Shown: positions 38,621-52,069 of the stretch, piece by piece | How positions within the stretch are numbered: position 1 is the first letter of the stretch | How the letters are laid out: every line of letters starts with the position of its first letter | Source: Camelus dromedarius | Taxonomy: Eukaryota | Length of the DNA: 64,000 nt | Reading direction: 5' to 3' | Assembly: GCF_036321535.1 (NCBI RefSeq) | Contig: NC_087437.1 | Span: 113,214,001-113,278,000, forward strand | Position numbers and translations under genes: made by a program | Notes under the pieces: model-generated | The model's database searches: none | Seen by the model: the letters and a program-made list of their open reading frames with translations, nothing else | What the model was told of the DNA's origin: nothing

Positions 38621-40199
38621 GGACCTGATCCAAGAAGCATGTCAAGACTTCTTTCTGAAAGAAGGAAAGCACTTCTCTAATGATGAGAGAAATAAACACA
38701 CATCAGGACGTCAGCCTCAAATATGTCTCTTGGGAGGATGAAATGCTGGCTCAGGGGTGGCCTGTCCCAGATTCTCCCTTGCCTATGAGAGGACCTAATT
38801 GAGTGATGGCAAGGAATCTTTGAGCAGTCATATTATATTTTATACAATTCCTTTCCTTAAAACTCCACTGCGCTTTGAAGTACATTTTACATGTTATGAC
38901 AACCTAAAAAAAAAAAAAAACCTCCACTGCGTCACAAACCACATAGGAGGGGAGAGGGCCACCAGTAACTAGCAGCTTTGGCATATTGAAAGCCCCCTAC
39001 TCTGGTTTTTAGAACAGGGACTGTGTGTAATGACACTACGATCTGAAATTTCAGGGCATCTTTCTTCGGAGGCATACAAATAGCCTAGCACAACACTTCG
39101 GGTCTAGGTTAGCCAATCAGTTTAACTCATGCTTTTGGTGTTTCGGGAAGGCCATCTGTGGGGTAACTCTCTCTTGAAAGTTTTCAGAATAATCAGACAT
39201 TAGGACAGAACATGTTTTTGCAAACACGAGAAATATGCAGGGAGTGGGGAAAGCAGTCATCGGACACCTTGATAAAAATCTCCGTACACGTGGCTTTGGC
39301 GGCCAGGCCCCTGTCGGCGGCTGAGCAGGCCGCCCCTCCTGTGTCTGTGGTCTGGGATGGTGGTGAGGATGGGAGCGGTCCCCAGCTGACCTCCTTCTCC
39401 TGTCCCGTTCTTGCCTCTGGAGGCCCCACCCCCAGCCACACTGCAGGGTTCGCATCCTCAGAGGGAGGTTCTGTCTTCAGGGTGGTCTCAGGAACTTGGT
39501 GGAAATCTTTCTAGTCTCCAACCCCCCCACCGAGCACAGTTGCACTGGGTAAGCTCCAGGCCACAGGGTTCTGGGTCCTCCAGACAGGCCAAGGGGCTTG
39601 TGTGGCGGTGAACCAGGGTTCCCTGGCCCTGGCAGCCAGCTTACACGGGCCCTGAAATCTGCAGGCCAGCAGTATGAGCTGTGACCTGCTGGGCCAGCGC
39701 CGCGTCCCCTGCACGCAGGCCTTGCCCAGCGCCATGGCTGTCCTCTCCTCTGCACCACCCTCCCCGCCCCTTTCTCCTCCTCGTCTCCATCAGCTTCTGC
39801 AGTTGGAAGAAGTTGTGAGTGGGGCTCAAACTACTGCTGTGTGGTTGTAACACCTCCTCCTACTGAGTTTCTCCATCAAGATAGAGAACATTTTCATCGT
39901 CCTGAAAAGTTCTTTCAGGCTCCTTTCCAGTCACTCACCCTCTAGCCAATCACCCTGTTCTGAAAAGAAAATTTTAAAAACAAAGTTTTTTTTTTTCTTT
40001 TCTCATCTACTGCTCTACCCCAACACAATTATGTCTCCTTTCTGTCTCTTTCTTTCTTGTTGCTCTAGCAACCTGGCAATTTGTTGGATTAAAACACTGA
40101 GCTGCTTTTGGTTCTACTGAACCCCGAGGGAGAGGGGAACAGGACTTACTATTTTTCTATTTTTCTCAGTGACCCCCTTACTCTTCATCTTCTGAAATC

Positions 40200-40290
40200 C
40201 CCATCCATTCATCTCTCCCTCCCTCCACCCACCCACCCACCTATCCATCCATCCATCCATCCATCCACCCATCCATCCATCCTTCCCTCC
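40200..40290. repeat. (TCCA)n-type repeat (L2 tail derived)
   Basis: Seen directly. Confidence 0.85.
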
Positions 40291-42949
40291 CTCCAGCTTT
40301 CATTGAATGTTTACTATGAGCCACAGGCCACCAGGAATCCCACCTCCACTGAAGTTTTAACAGGGAAGACAGACAAGTTAACAATTATGCTAAAATCAAT
40401 ACCTATTATAATGGAGAAGTACGGGACACCATGGGAGACTCGGCAGGAGTAGCTGGAAATGATTCTCAGTGGGAAGAGACATTAATGATGGAGACTCATA
40501 GGACAAATGTCAAGGAGTCGGTTAATTATTTCAGTAATATTTATTGAGCGCCTCAGGCTGGGCACAGGGGTAGCTGCTAGTGATTCAGACAGAGGTGAGC
40601 AGGGCAGACATGGGACTGGTCTCAGGGGGTGCACATCACTGTGGAGTTAGCCCAAGCTGGCCTGCGGCGGTGGGGTGATGTTCTAGGCAGGGGAATCATG
40701 CGTAATGGAGCAGAGGGAAGAGAGCACACGGTGAGTTAGAAACACTGAGAATTCCACATGACCGGGATATGAATGCCAGCCAGGAAAGAGGCCCCGATGA
40801 CCTTGAAAGACAGAGCTGTGAGCAGGGGCTGCAGCCATCGCTTGGCTCTCAATCGCTGTGGAATGGTCATCGGATCCCTAATCAGAATCTTGAAAGAAGA
40901 AGAAATATTGAATGTAAGCGCCACATTTAATCACTCGCAGATAATCTCCTGTCTTTCATAAACAGAGCCATGATGAAAGTGACCTTTCACGATCAGCGGG
41001 GAGGGGGTGCTCAACAAAGTGAGGTAGGTGAGAACAAAACCCATCTACCTGGTGGCCATGTCACTGCTGGTGAGTCACAAGAGTGCGAACTTCAGATGTG
41101 AATTAAAGATTGCCGAGAGTGGCGGTATACTTGAAAACCAATTTCTCACATGTTCTGCTTTAGAACTAGAAGCCACGAGAATTGGGGGAGAAAAAAGGTC
41201 TTTCTTTTTCATATCCTAACGTCTTCCCAAATAATTTTAAGGTGAATTATTTATTAGTTTCCATTCGAATTGTTGACCTTTAGATGAAGGTGACTTGATA
41301 GGCACTTCATGCACATATTCCCCAGGGTTCTTTCAGTGCTGTGAAGTGTGACGCACCCCAGCTGCCGGCTGATTCAGTTTTGGCCATAACATGTCCATAC
41401 AGTGTATTTAACTCTTTGCAATTAATATTTGAGAAAATCTATTCACCTTGTAAGCGAGTTCTGTATAATTTCACCTAAAGTGAAAGCTCTCTGAAAACCC
41501 AAATCTCCCGTGGGTGCTAATTCACACAACATTCTGGAAATGTGAAATCCTAAATGCTCGCTGACGGCAAATCAGTGCTTATAGCTGGAGGATTAATAGC
41601 CGCTTGAAATGCTGTACTTCTCTCACCATTTACTGCCTTTTTTTTGGATTTAGAATACATTTCGAGGGGCTGATTTTCTTCCCAGGGATGGATAGCTCTA
41701 AGCTACTTACCTTCAGATGAGAAATACATTCTATCAAAAAGCTATTTAAGGAACACATCCGATCGATGGCAAAGGATGTGTTCTGCGTGATTCCACCTGC
41801 ATTGTGTCTGTCATCTTGCGTTTTACTGAGCCCTCTTGCCAGCAGGGCTGGAGACACACGTGAGTTCTGGGCACATGATTTGGGGCCCTCCGCAGCCTGC
41901 TGCCTGGTAACCAGGCTGTGAGCACTTTTGGCTTCGGAATTTCAGCGGAGGCTGCCGCGCGCACCTGCCACAGGACTGCTCATCAGACAGCATCCGTCAG
42001 GAGTGAGGCTGTGCGGTACCTTGTGATTTCTACTCTGGGATCTGATGGCTTCACGGGCAGTGGGACCCTCCACCTGTATTTCCCCAGCTGTGTAAGGGGA
42101 CCTGCGAAAGTCTGAGTTAACTGACAACACGATTCGACTTTATTCCAGGGTTATTTATGAAATAGGATCCTGGACCAACACCCCTCCCAGTCCAGCTCTG
42201 CTCAGCAGTGGCTCCTGGTTATTTAACCTGATGACAGATAACAGCTCCCGCGACCCCGGGTGCCTGATTAGTTAATCTCCCCAACAATCAGATTCAGCCA
42301 AACCGATGGAAATGTGGATTTTGTAACATATGTAAACCTCAAACATATATGGCTTTAAGATGTGCCAGTGCTCTGGGAGAATGACAGAAGGAGGAAGAAA
42401 ACAGAGAAGCCTGTGAATTTTTGTGGAAAAATGCCTGCTGTGCAGCTTAATCAAGATTAACGTCATTTGTGTGAATTCAGCAAATAAGTAGGGGGTTATT
42501 TAGCCTTTGAGGGCCGGCCAAGCTCATCACCATTTGTAATAAGAGTTCCAGGTGAGATTCAAACAGGAGGCTTACAGACCAACTTTCTGAACACAACTGG
42601 CCTCTGTAACTTAGTGTCTTTGGTGGATATCTTTTCTAACAGGAAAGAAAACTCCTCAAATTAACAATCAAAAACATTGTTTAGTGGAGCTGCTGGCAAA
42701 AAGGGTTTTCATCATAGTATCATCTCCCTGGACAAAGGACATTCTCAGACTTCTGATTTCAGTTTCATCCATTTTCCCCTTTACTAAGTGATGTGCTGTT
42801 GGTGTGGCTGACCCTCTGGGAACCACAGCTGGGAACCAGGAGTTTCCAAACTGAAACTGATGAAGGGATGAATTCTTCTGAGACCTCAGAATTCAAAGGA
42901 GTCACAGGTTGACCATTAGAAATAAAATGACAAATGGATAACTTTTCCG

Positions 42950-44546
42950 TAAAGAGCATATTGTGTCAATTTATTATAGAATGCAGTTAAAAAAAATACT
43001 TTGAGGTTAGCCTCTCCAGTTTAAAAGCACTTAACTAGGAACACTTGAACAGCTAGGCAATGGTCTCTCCCTCACCTGCCCCCAGCCCCACCAAGTACTG
43101 TAAACAGGGTTTTGAGAACATTCAGTCAATTTCTTGATATGAACAATCAAACATATTTGCTTCTTAAAGAAAACCACCTCCCACATTTCCAAAGCATGCA
43201 CTGTTACTTGACATTCGGTATTTCAAAATGACAAACCTTGTTATGGTATCGTAAGGCCAAAATATAACACCTATTTACCAGACATACACGTTACAACTAG
43301 AAAAAAAATTACAAACGTTAACCTAGTGTAACAATTCCATCAGGAGTTAATGGGGAAAGGCACTGCATCCTTCTCATAACCTTTACACAATCTACTATCC
43401 ACTTCACATGCTTCGAATTCAAGTCCTGCCCAACATTTGAAAGGCGTTTCTACAACATACAATTCACAACATACAAGTAGGTTAATACATCTTACACTAG
43501 CCTCCACTGATGTATTCCTCACCCGAGTGCACAACAGGTGTGAATGTATTCTATCAGCTTTATTTACAAGTTTATCTTGATGTTTTAGTGGGATTAAAAA
43601 AAAAATCAATGATCTCAACTGGCAGTTCCCCAAAAAAGGTTTTTGGCTATGATTCATGTAACCCCCCACATAAAAGAAATAAATGAAACCAATTTATTGT
43701 CTAATCTAAAACACCTAAACTAAAACTTCTCACCCACTAAAAGTTGGCAGTGGAACTGCTGTCTCTGAATTTTATAAGCAAAACGCTACATAGGAATTGC
43801 AGATCGACTTCTTTTGCAAAAGCACAAGTCCATGTTGCATCGGATAGGATGCCGAGTGGATGTATTCCAGGTGGAATCCCACGTGTGTGTGCTGTTGCAG
43901 AGACAGTCACGAATCTGGAAAGGTGACAGACTTTTCAAATGCTTTCCTATCTTCCCAAAAGATGTGAAACAACAATGGCATAACTCTATATACGAACAAA
44001 GGTTAGCTCTGAAAATCAGTAATATACATGCACAAACATTAGGACATGACAGGGAAGAAATGAAACGCTACAATTTCCACGTTGCACTGTTGTTTTCACA
44101 ACCCTTCTGCACTAGACACCTCGTGGCCCCACGCAGTGCCTTTCTCTACCAGGAGAGAGCGTCTACATCATAGGCTGGTTAGAAACAGAAGGCTCTCCCC
44201 GGACCCATTGATCAACCTGCCCCTGGCAAAAACAGAACCTACCAGAAAATAACAAGTACAGAACACTATCGTTATCGGTTTTCTCGAGACGTTCCCGAAT
44301 GTCCTTGTGCGATCACCCCAAACTCAGTGATTGGCTCAGGAAAATTCCCGGGAGCCATGAACATTGACAGATACACAGCGTCGGAACCAGAAGACTAAGC
44401 CTCGGTTCTCTTCTGAGCAACGTGAGCTGCAATTTCTGCCACAGCGATCACGGCTGCCGCCTCCAAAGCTGTGACCAGCCACTTCCACAGTAAAAGATTC
44501 CTTCCCGTGAGTGTGACTTGGAATACCTCTTCGTCCGGGGGCCAGT
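42950..44546 (-). other. RCAN1: RCAN1 3'UTR (~1.6 kb)
   Basis: U-rich on the minus strand and free of recognisable repeats; ends after AATAAA at 42975-42970, followed by a U/GU-rich element. Confidence 0.8.
42970..42975 (-). terminator. RCAN1: RCAN1 distal polyadenylation signal AATAAA
   Basis: TTTATT on the plus strand; downstream on the minus strand lies TTATCCATTTGTCATTTTATTT. Confidence 0.75.
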
Positions 44547-44888
<342 letters not shown>

Positions 44889-46893
44889 TTATTGTATATC
44901 TCACCATACAAATAACTCTGCTTTCAATCAAACACTCAGAGTCCCAGCACATGAAAGGTATGGAAGGAATGTAAATTATACTTAGCATGTCCACCAGGCC
45001 CGCTGGTGGTACCAGCGGCATCCATTTGTGAAAAGACGTTGCACAAATAAAGGCATGAAGAAAGGACATCTTGAGCCTCCTTCCCCAGCTCCAGCTGCAG
45101 TGCGCCGCCCACACCAGGGACAGGAAGCACGGGAGACGCGGTGCTGGTTGAAGCAGGCGCTCCGAAAACATTGCTGAACACAGCATCCTTTTCATACAAC
45201 TATCAACCCCCTGGAACCAGGAGTGTCCTGCTGTTCTATGTCAGCTTGAGTTTTACCAGGTTCGGTCAAGATATTTTGATTCATAAAAAAGGTGTGGCTC
45301 CTTCTCTACTCCACACGCAAGACTGGAATGTTATTTTAACTGCATTTGAGAGGGTTAAAGAGCCTCAGCATTCTTGAGGGGGGAGGATTAAGATGGAGGG
45401 TCAGACAGACCACTCAAAATGTTGGTCAGAATACCCTTTACAAATTCTTATCTACCCGCCAGTGAGTCACAACCCAGAAAACATGGGTGTATGATCATAT
45501 TTGCAAAATCTTGGCCATCTTGTTGGCTGAAAAGCACAGCTGAATATGAAAAAACTCAAACTCATTGTTAAGGAAACTAAGGGCAAAATGATCTCATTAT
45601 GTCTATTTTCTATAAAGGCTTCTCAAACAAGACCTCTGTAAAGAAGTGGCAGATTCTAGAGTGAAGAATGTTCATTAGTAGAACAGAATGTCCTGCCTCG
45701 GGGCAGTCTGACACCTCTCCCCAGGTGGAGCTCTCCGTCCTCCCTTCTCTAACATCCCAGCAGATTCCAACCCTGGGCTTTGCTAATGCACCTTGGCCCG
45801 GAGCTGCTGGGAGGAGCACCAGCCATTTCCACCTTGACCTTCAGGCCACGATTAGCAGGAAGTAATGTGATCCTTGCTTTCTACCACAGAGGGAATTTCC
45901 GTCAGAGCGATATTTTCAGAAATGTAATCTTTTCCAAGGGAAACGGCTGATGGTCCAAGAAAATAAAATCTCAACTCAAAGGAACATCAGATTGCTGGTC
46001 AAGGAGAAAGCTGATGGCCTCAGTGTTTACTGGATTTGCTCCACAGATAGGGCAGAAGAGGGGCTCAAACCTCTTTGCCCCAAGATCCCCACGGCACCTC
46101 CTGTTTAACCAAACCCTGTCAGATGGGACAGAAACCGCCAAATTTTATTGTTTCTAGAAAACATGCTTTGAGGAATGCTGATAAGCCAGGCACTGTATGA
46201 AGTGTTTTTTACATGGTGAGCTCATTTACCACTCAGGACTCCACCGAGTAATACCCATCTTCTGGATGGGAAGCCTGAGGCCAGAGTATCTTTCTCCCTA
46301 AGTGCTCACACCTTTGTCCCTTCAGAGGACCAGAACCTCTTCTTTCCCTCCCTCCACCCCCTGGGAAAGCTCAGCAGGGAAGCGCCCCTCCCTCTGGGGC
46401 TCTGCGTGACTGGGGATCTTTCTCCACTCTGATCTGTGGTCCTCCATTCCCTCACACATTCAAAAGGGTAGGTGAGAATCAGATCAATGGATGAAATTAT
46501 CTTGGCTAAAAATAAAATTTCTAAAAGAGGGGAAGGCCTGATTTCCCTTCCCAAAGTTCAATAGCCCATCCCCACTTGGAGCAACAAGAAGTGAGGCTAG
46601 GTCTTGAGTCACCCGCACAGGCTGTACCCAGTGGGTGAGGGGATGGATTCACATGATGTGGTCATGGTACTTGGTCCCTAAGACCAACTCGCATGCCTTC
46701 TTAAGGGATGAGGCCAGAGGCAGGCGTGCACACTCCCAGCATGGGTTACTTGGATTCAGAAGAAAGCAAATAGGGATGATTCACAACACGCTGGCACCAA
46801 TCACATGAGAGGTCAAAAGAGCAATGGGGATAGGGCTGCTCCCGCTGCAGGCGAGTCTCTGTGCCTTTAGCACCATCTCTGCACGTCACCTTA

Positions 46894-47115
<222 letters not shown>

Positions 47116-47739
47116 TCAAGGGCAGAACTGGAGCAATGCAGCAGCACTTAATGACAGCTTACAGAAGACAGATGTGAAGGGCAGACCCGCGTGCAGACAG
47201 CAGAACAGGTGCCCGAGGATGAATCACAGTGAGGTTTATAAGGGGAGGGCAAAGGGAACTCAGATTATGGTGCAGACATGATAAGAGCCCCCTCCCAGGA
47301 CTGGGTCTCCCAGGCACAGGGACTGCAAGTAATTATGCTTGACCTAGACTGATGGAAATGAACAGAGATAATTTTGGTATAAATGAAAAAAATAAAGCAC
47401 GGTTGCTGAGGTCAGAAGAGATCTCAAAATCAACTGCTTCCAGCTCCTCATATCACAGAAGCTCAAAAAGGCTAAGCCATTTCTAAGATGATACAGATTT
47501 TCAGGGAGGCAAAGTAGGGATGGGGACGCAGGACTCCTGCCCACTACAGTCTCAGGCTCCCACTGGGGCTCTGAGTCAGATGCCAGAAGTGACGAAGGAA
47601 AAAGAAATCCACCTTCCAGGTTACATATTTAAAAAAATAATGATAAGGAACAAAAACCCAAGATCCTAGTTTAGGCTTAAACATTATACCAGTGATTAGA
47701 GGGCTGTTTGGAAAGATCCTACATTAGAACCTTACGAGT

Positions 47740-47996
47740 TTTTACCAGGGGAAAGGGGGTGGGAAGGGATACATTTGGGAGTGCAAGATTTGCAAATATT
47801 GACTACTATATATAAAAATAGATAAAAAACAAATTTCTTCTGTATAGCACAGGGAGTTATATTCCATATCTTGTAATAACCTTTAATGAAAAATAATATG
47901 AAATCAAATATGTTTCTATCTATGTGTGACTAGGACATTATGCCGTACAGCAGAAATTGACACATTGTAACTGACTATATTTCAATTGAAAAAAAA
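47740..47996 (+). mobile_element. 5'-truncated artiodactyl-type L1 3' end in RCAN1 intron 5 (antisense to gene)
   Basis: CTGTATAGCACAGGGAGTTATATTCC...ACATTGTAACTGACTATATTTCAATTG-poly(A); imperfect TSD AGAACCTTA/AGAATCTTA. Confidence 0.85.
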
Positions 47997-48194
47997 GAAT
48001 CTTAACAATTTGGATTTTCTTTGTTCCTTAATATTTTCCCCCATAAAAATTTCACAGTGAACATGTATTTACTTTAATAAACCAGAAAAAGTCGTGGAGG
48101 GACTAAGTAAGTGTTTATACGGAACCCTACCAAACACAGGAAGCAGCTTACTCTTAACCAAGGATCCAAGGTCAAAGCCTGCACCTCGGACTCA

Positions 48195-48208
48195 CCACCA
48201 GGGGGCAG
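48195..48208 (+). promoter_or_regulatory. Candidate CTCF site in RCAN1 intron 5
   Basis: CCACCAGGGGGCAG, identical 14-mer to the site at 8750. Confidence 0.55.
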
Positions 48209-49079
48209 GGCATCCCGGCTCTCATTTACCCTGGGAGGGCGGGCAAGTTCGCCTTCCCACAAGGTCAGGAAGCCCCTCTAAAGAGTCTGTCTTTTCCCAT
48301 AATGGCCTGGGGAACTCAGGACCCCAGTGGGGGTCTCTTTAACCAGGGGGAAGCGTTCAAGAAGTCCCTTCCTCTCCCCCTGCTAACCTGTTGGACTCCT
48401 GTCACATCGTCAAATGGAACTTCGTGAGCTGCCTAGAAGGTGGGCGGCCCAGCATCAAAGGGGGAAGGGGCACGGGCTAGGGGACAGCTGGAAGGGTGAT
48501 GAGCAGGAGAGAAAGCAAACCCGCCCACAAGCCCACGGGGAGTGCCCTGGGGCCGGACCCCCACCTACCAGAAGGATTTCTTAGCATTTACCACCTGTAT
48601 GGTGAACCCATTTTTTCTTTTCAGGCTGGGTCTGGCAGCCTCGGGCTGATGTGCAGGCCGGCCTGGCAGAGACCAGCTCTCCGCAGTGAGTGGGCTGCTG
48701 GGAACCTGCACAGAGCCGGGACTGCTCCCGTCCTCTCTCGATCTGGAAGGTGGCATTAGCCCAAACTAAACCTTGAACAAATTCCTGCACACCTGCTGGG
48801 TGGTCTTAGGGTTCTAGGGTAGCCACGCCCACAACCCTGCCCTCTACCACCTTCCTGAGTCAGGAAGGCTCGGGGCGATCATTACTAAACTCAGGTCATT
48901 TCTGAGGTCACTTTCAAATACACCTGATGTCTTCTTAAAAATAGTTTGACTTGAATATTTTTGAGTATAAATGTTGCCTTTGTAGAGAGGAGTTCTTGCA
49001 GTTTTAAATCAACGTACACGTAATCGACGTATAAGCTACTTTTAAGGGTGGGAGGGAGAAGAGAGAAGCATGAGTATCA

Positions 49080-49298
<219 letters not shown>

Positions 49299-51910
49299 TT
49301 ACCTGCAAATGACCCTTGACTAGATGACTTCATTACATCTCATATGGAAAATTAATTAATCATTTCAAGAACTAACTTCTTTCTTAGAGAAGACAGAGAA
49401 CCTGCCTTTCTTCTTTGAGGAAACTGACTTTTCTGCCCTTTTAATTTAATATAGGTGATTTTATACAAAAGTAAGAATGTATGATTTACTAAATTCATTT
49501 AATCAGCTGAACAATGATCAATACTTAAACACTTCTTACAGTCACAGAAACATTCTTTTTAAAGTAGAATGAACATTTTCCAAGCAGGTCCAGTTTGGTC
49601 ATTGTCACCCAAATGGCCTGCCAGTTCCATGATTTTCCCCAGTCTAGTGAACTCCAGTCCCACCACTCAACTTAGGGCGCTGCCCTGTACATCAAATATT
49701 TCTTTAGGGCTTAAAAGCACTGGAGCTAATTTGAAAGAAAAAAAATTTTTTTTTTACTGAACTGGGAAACAATGATGTTAATAAAAAGCCTTATATTTCT
49801 TAAGGTAAAGGAAGCAGTTTTTAAAACATTCCCATGACTATCTTCCCGTTCAATCTGTTACGTTTTAACTCTCCAAAATAATACTGGTTTAAAACACGAA
49901 CGTACTGCACCCAAACCCTTTTCTGCACGCTGGCTTTAACACATGTACAGACCTAGCTGGAGAGTTACAGGAACTAGTGAGCAAGACGGAACAGCAGGAG
50001 CTCTTAGAGCTGAGTTCTAAGAGAACTTTCTAAGACAATGCCTGAGTTCAATGACTGAAAGCTTAGAATCAGGAGAGAGTTCATTGGCTCCTGAGAAGAG
50101 CTCTGGGGAGCCCCCCTGGGCTAGGTCCTGGGTGGGGGTGTCAGTGGGGGGAGGCTGGGAGGCCACAGAAATCCTTCCAACCGGAGAGGGAGTTGATGGA
50201 CAGTTGAAGCTTCTAGAAACAGGGTGCATGGACTTTTAGTCACCGTGTTTTCTGAGTCTTTTTCTCAGACTAGACACTCAGGATGGTGAGAGGCAGATGG
50301 GGGTGGCTGAGAGCCTGGGTGAGGCGGGGTGCCCTCTACACAGGGGACTAGTGAGAAGAGGAGGCCTGGGGCCCACCAGTTCTCTGGAGAACTATGGAGA
50401 ACACAGCTCTTCTGCAGAGGGGAGAGAGGACTCAGCAAAAGAGGAGAATCTTGGAGAATATTCAGTGGGCAGGTCCTGCATTCCCTTCTGGCTGGTGTCT
50501 CTACCGGCAGGTTGTTCAGGGGAAGTGGGAACTACTCACAAACTTGCTCTTTTCCAATTCCCTGGCTTTTCTTTCCTTTAGGGAGATGTCTGTGCCTTTC
50601 CCAGGAGGGGTGTTGCAGAGGCAGAGAATGAGAAACCTGCGGTTTCCTCTGGAGGTACAGGCTTTTTATCCGCCTCTCTTGAGCACGGGCACGTTGCCGG
50701 CGCAAGGGTGTCTGCGCAGATTTGGAATTTCACGTGACCTCATCCATAGGCACTGTGGCCAACTGTTTAGTTTTGAAGTTATGATTCATAATTTGGGAGA
50801 GATGACTTTGATGAATATTTTTAGAATACAAGTCAGGGCTTAGGACCAAAACACAAGAGAACCCACATTATCTTGTTAATTTCATATTGCTAGCATGTTA
50901 TTCTCTTATAAGATAATCTTATTTGTTCTAATAACTGATACCTAGTTATTATAGTTGTTGGATGGCATCTTGACTTAATGAAATAAATAAATTAGTGATT
51001 TTACACATATGAGGCTAAAATTAAATATATAGACTTCATAGAACTTTTATACATAGAACATACTCTAAGTAGTTCAAAAACTACAGTCCTGGCTCACAAG
51101 CATAGTACACAATTATAGAGTTAAATTTGAATTAAAAAAAAAAAAAAGAAAGAAATCTTCCCATGTCTCAATGAGGCTTTGGGTATAAAGATGAAATGTG
51201 ATCACGGTCCCCCAAACAGAACACGCAGAATTCATTTATATGCAATATTGGTAAAGACCAATTAGATAGCTGCACGGCTACTGATAAAAACCTTACACTT
51301 TAATCAAATGAAGAAGAAAAGTATAGTAATTAAAATGACTAATTATATTAATTTACCACCAATGAGAGCTGCTTCCCAGGAGGTAAACTTATCTCACACT
51401 TAAGTTATTTATCCAGTTTTATTATTTGCTGTGGCTGCATTTTCTCCAACTAGACAAATCTGGAAACTCGAAGACAGGCTCTTGTAATTACTGCATACAT
51501 TTAAATATCTTTCCACTATTTATTTCCTAAGATAAAATCAAATTATTCTGAATTCTAGATGTCAAAGTGAAACGTTTCTGTTCACTGTCAGAAAAGTCCT
51601 CCCTCCAAAAGGTTACTTACAAGCTACACCGAATGAAAAAAACACAATGCCAAACCCTGCCTTACTAATTGGTCAAGGGACGTGGACGTTTTTAAATATT
51701 GAGAGCTTTAAAAGTTCCTTCACAGTTAAACCTCAGGCAAAAACTTCTGATTTTTGACTCAAAGTATTCTGGATCTATTTCAAAACCCCAAAACCCACAA
51801 TAGAGCCACATACCCCCCACCTCTCTCCCCCACAAATATTTCAGTTAATAGTCTCAATTAACATAATGCTGCAAAAATTCTCAAAAATCACATTATATAA
51901 GAAGCCTTAC

Positions 51911-51997
51911 CCTGGTTTCACTTTCGCTGAAGATATCACTGTTTGCCACACAGGCAATCAGGGAACTAAAACTGTAGTTAAAGTTTCTAAAGTGCAT
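51911..51997 (-). CDS. RCAN1: RCAN1 exon 4 (first coding exon of isoform RCAN1.4), MHFRNFNYSFSSLIACVANSDIFSESETR
   Basis: ATG at 51997-51995 (GGCAAGATGC), 87 nt, donor AGG|GTAAGG; the peptide is the known RCAN1.4 N-terminus. Confidence 0.97.
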
Positions 51998-52069
51998 CTT
52001 GCCTTCTTACAGTGAAAGCACTAGAGACTGAACTCAGTCAAGCCCCAAGTGAGGTTCCTTTACCAGAGG

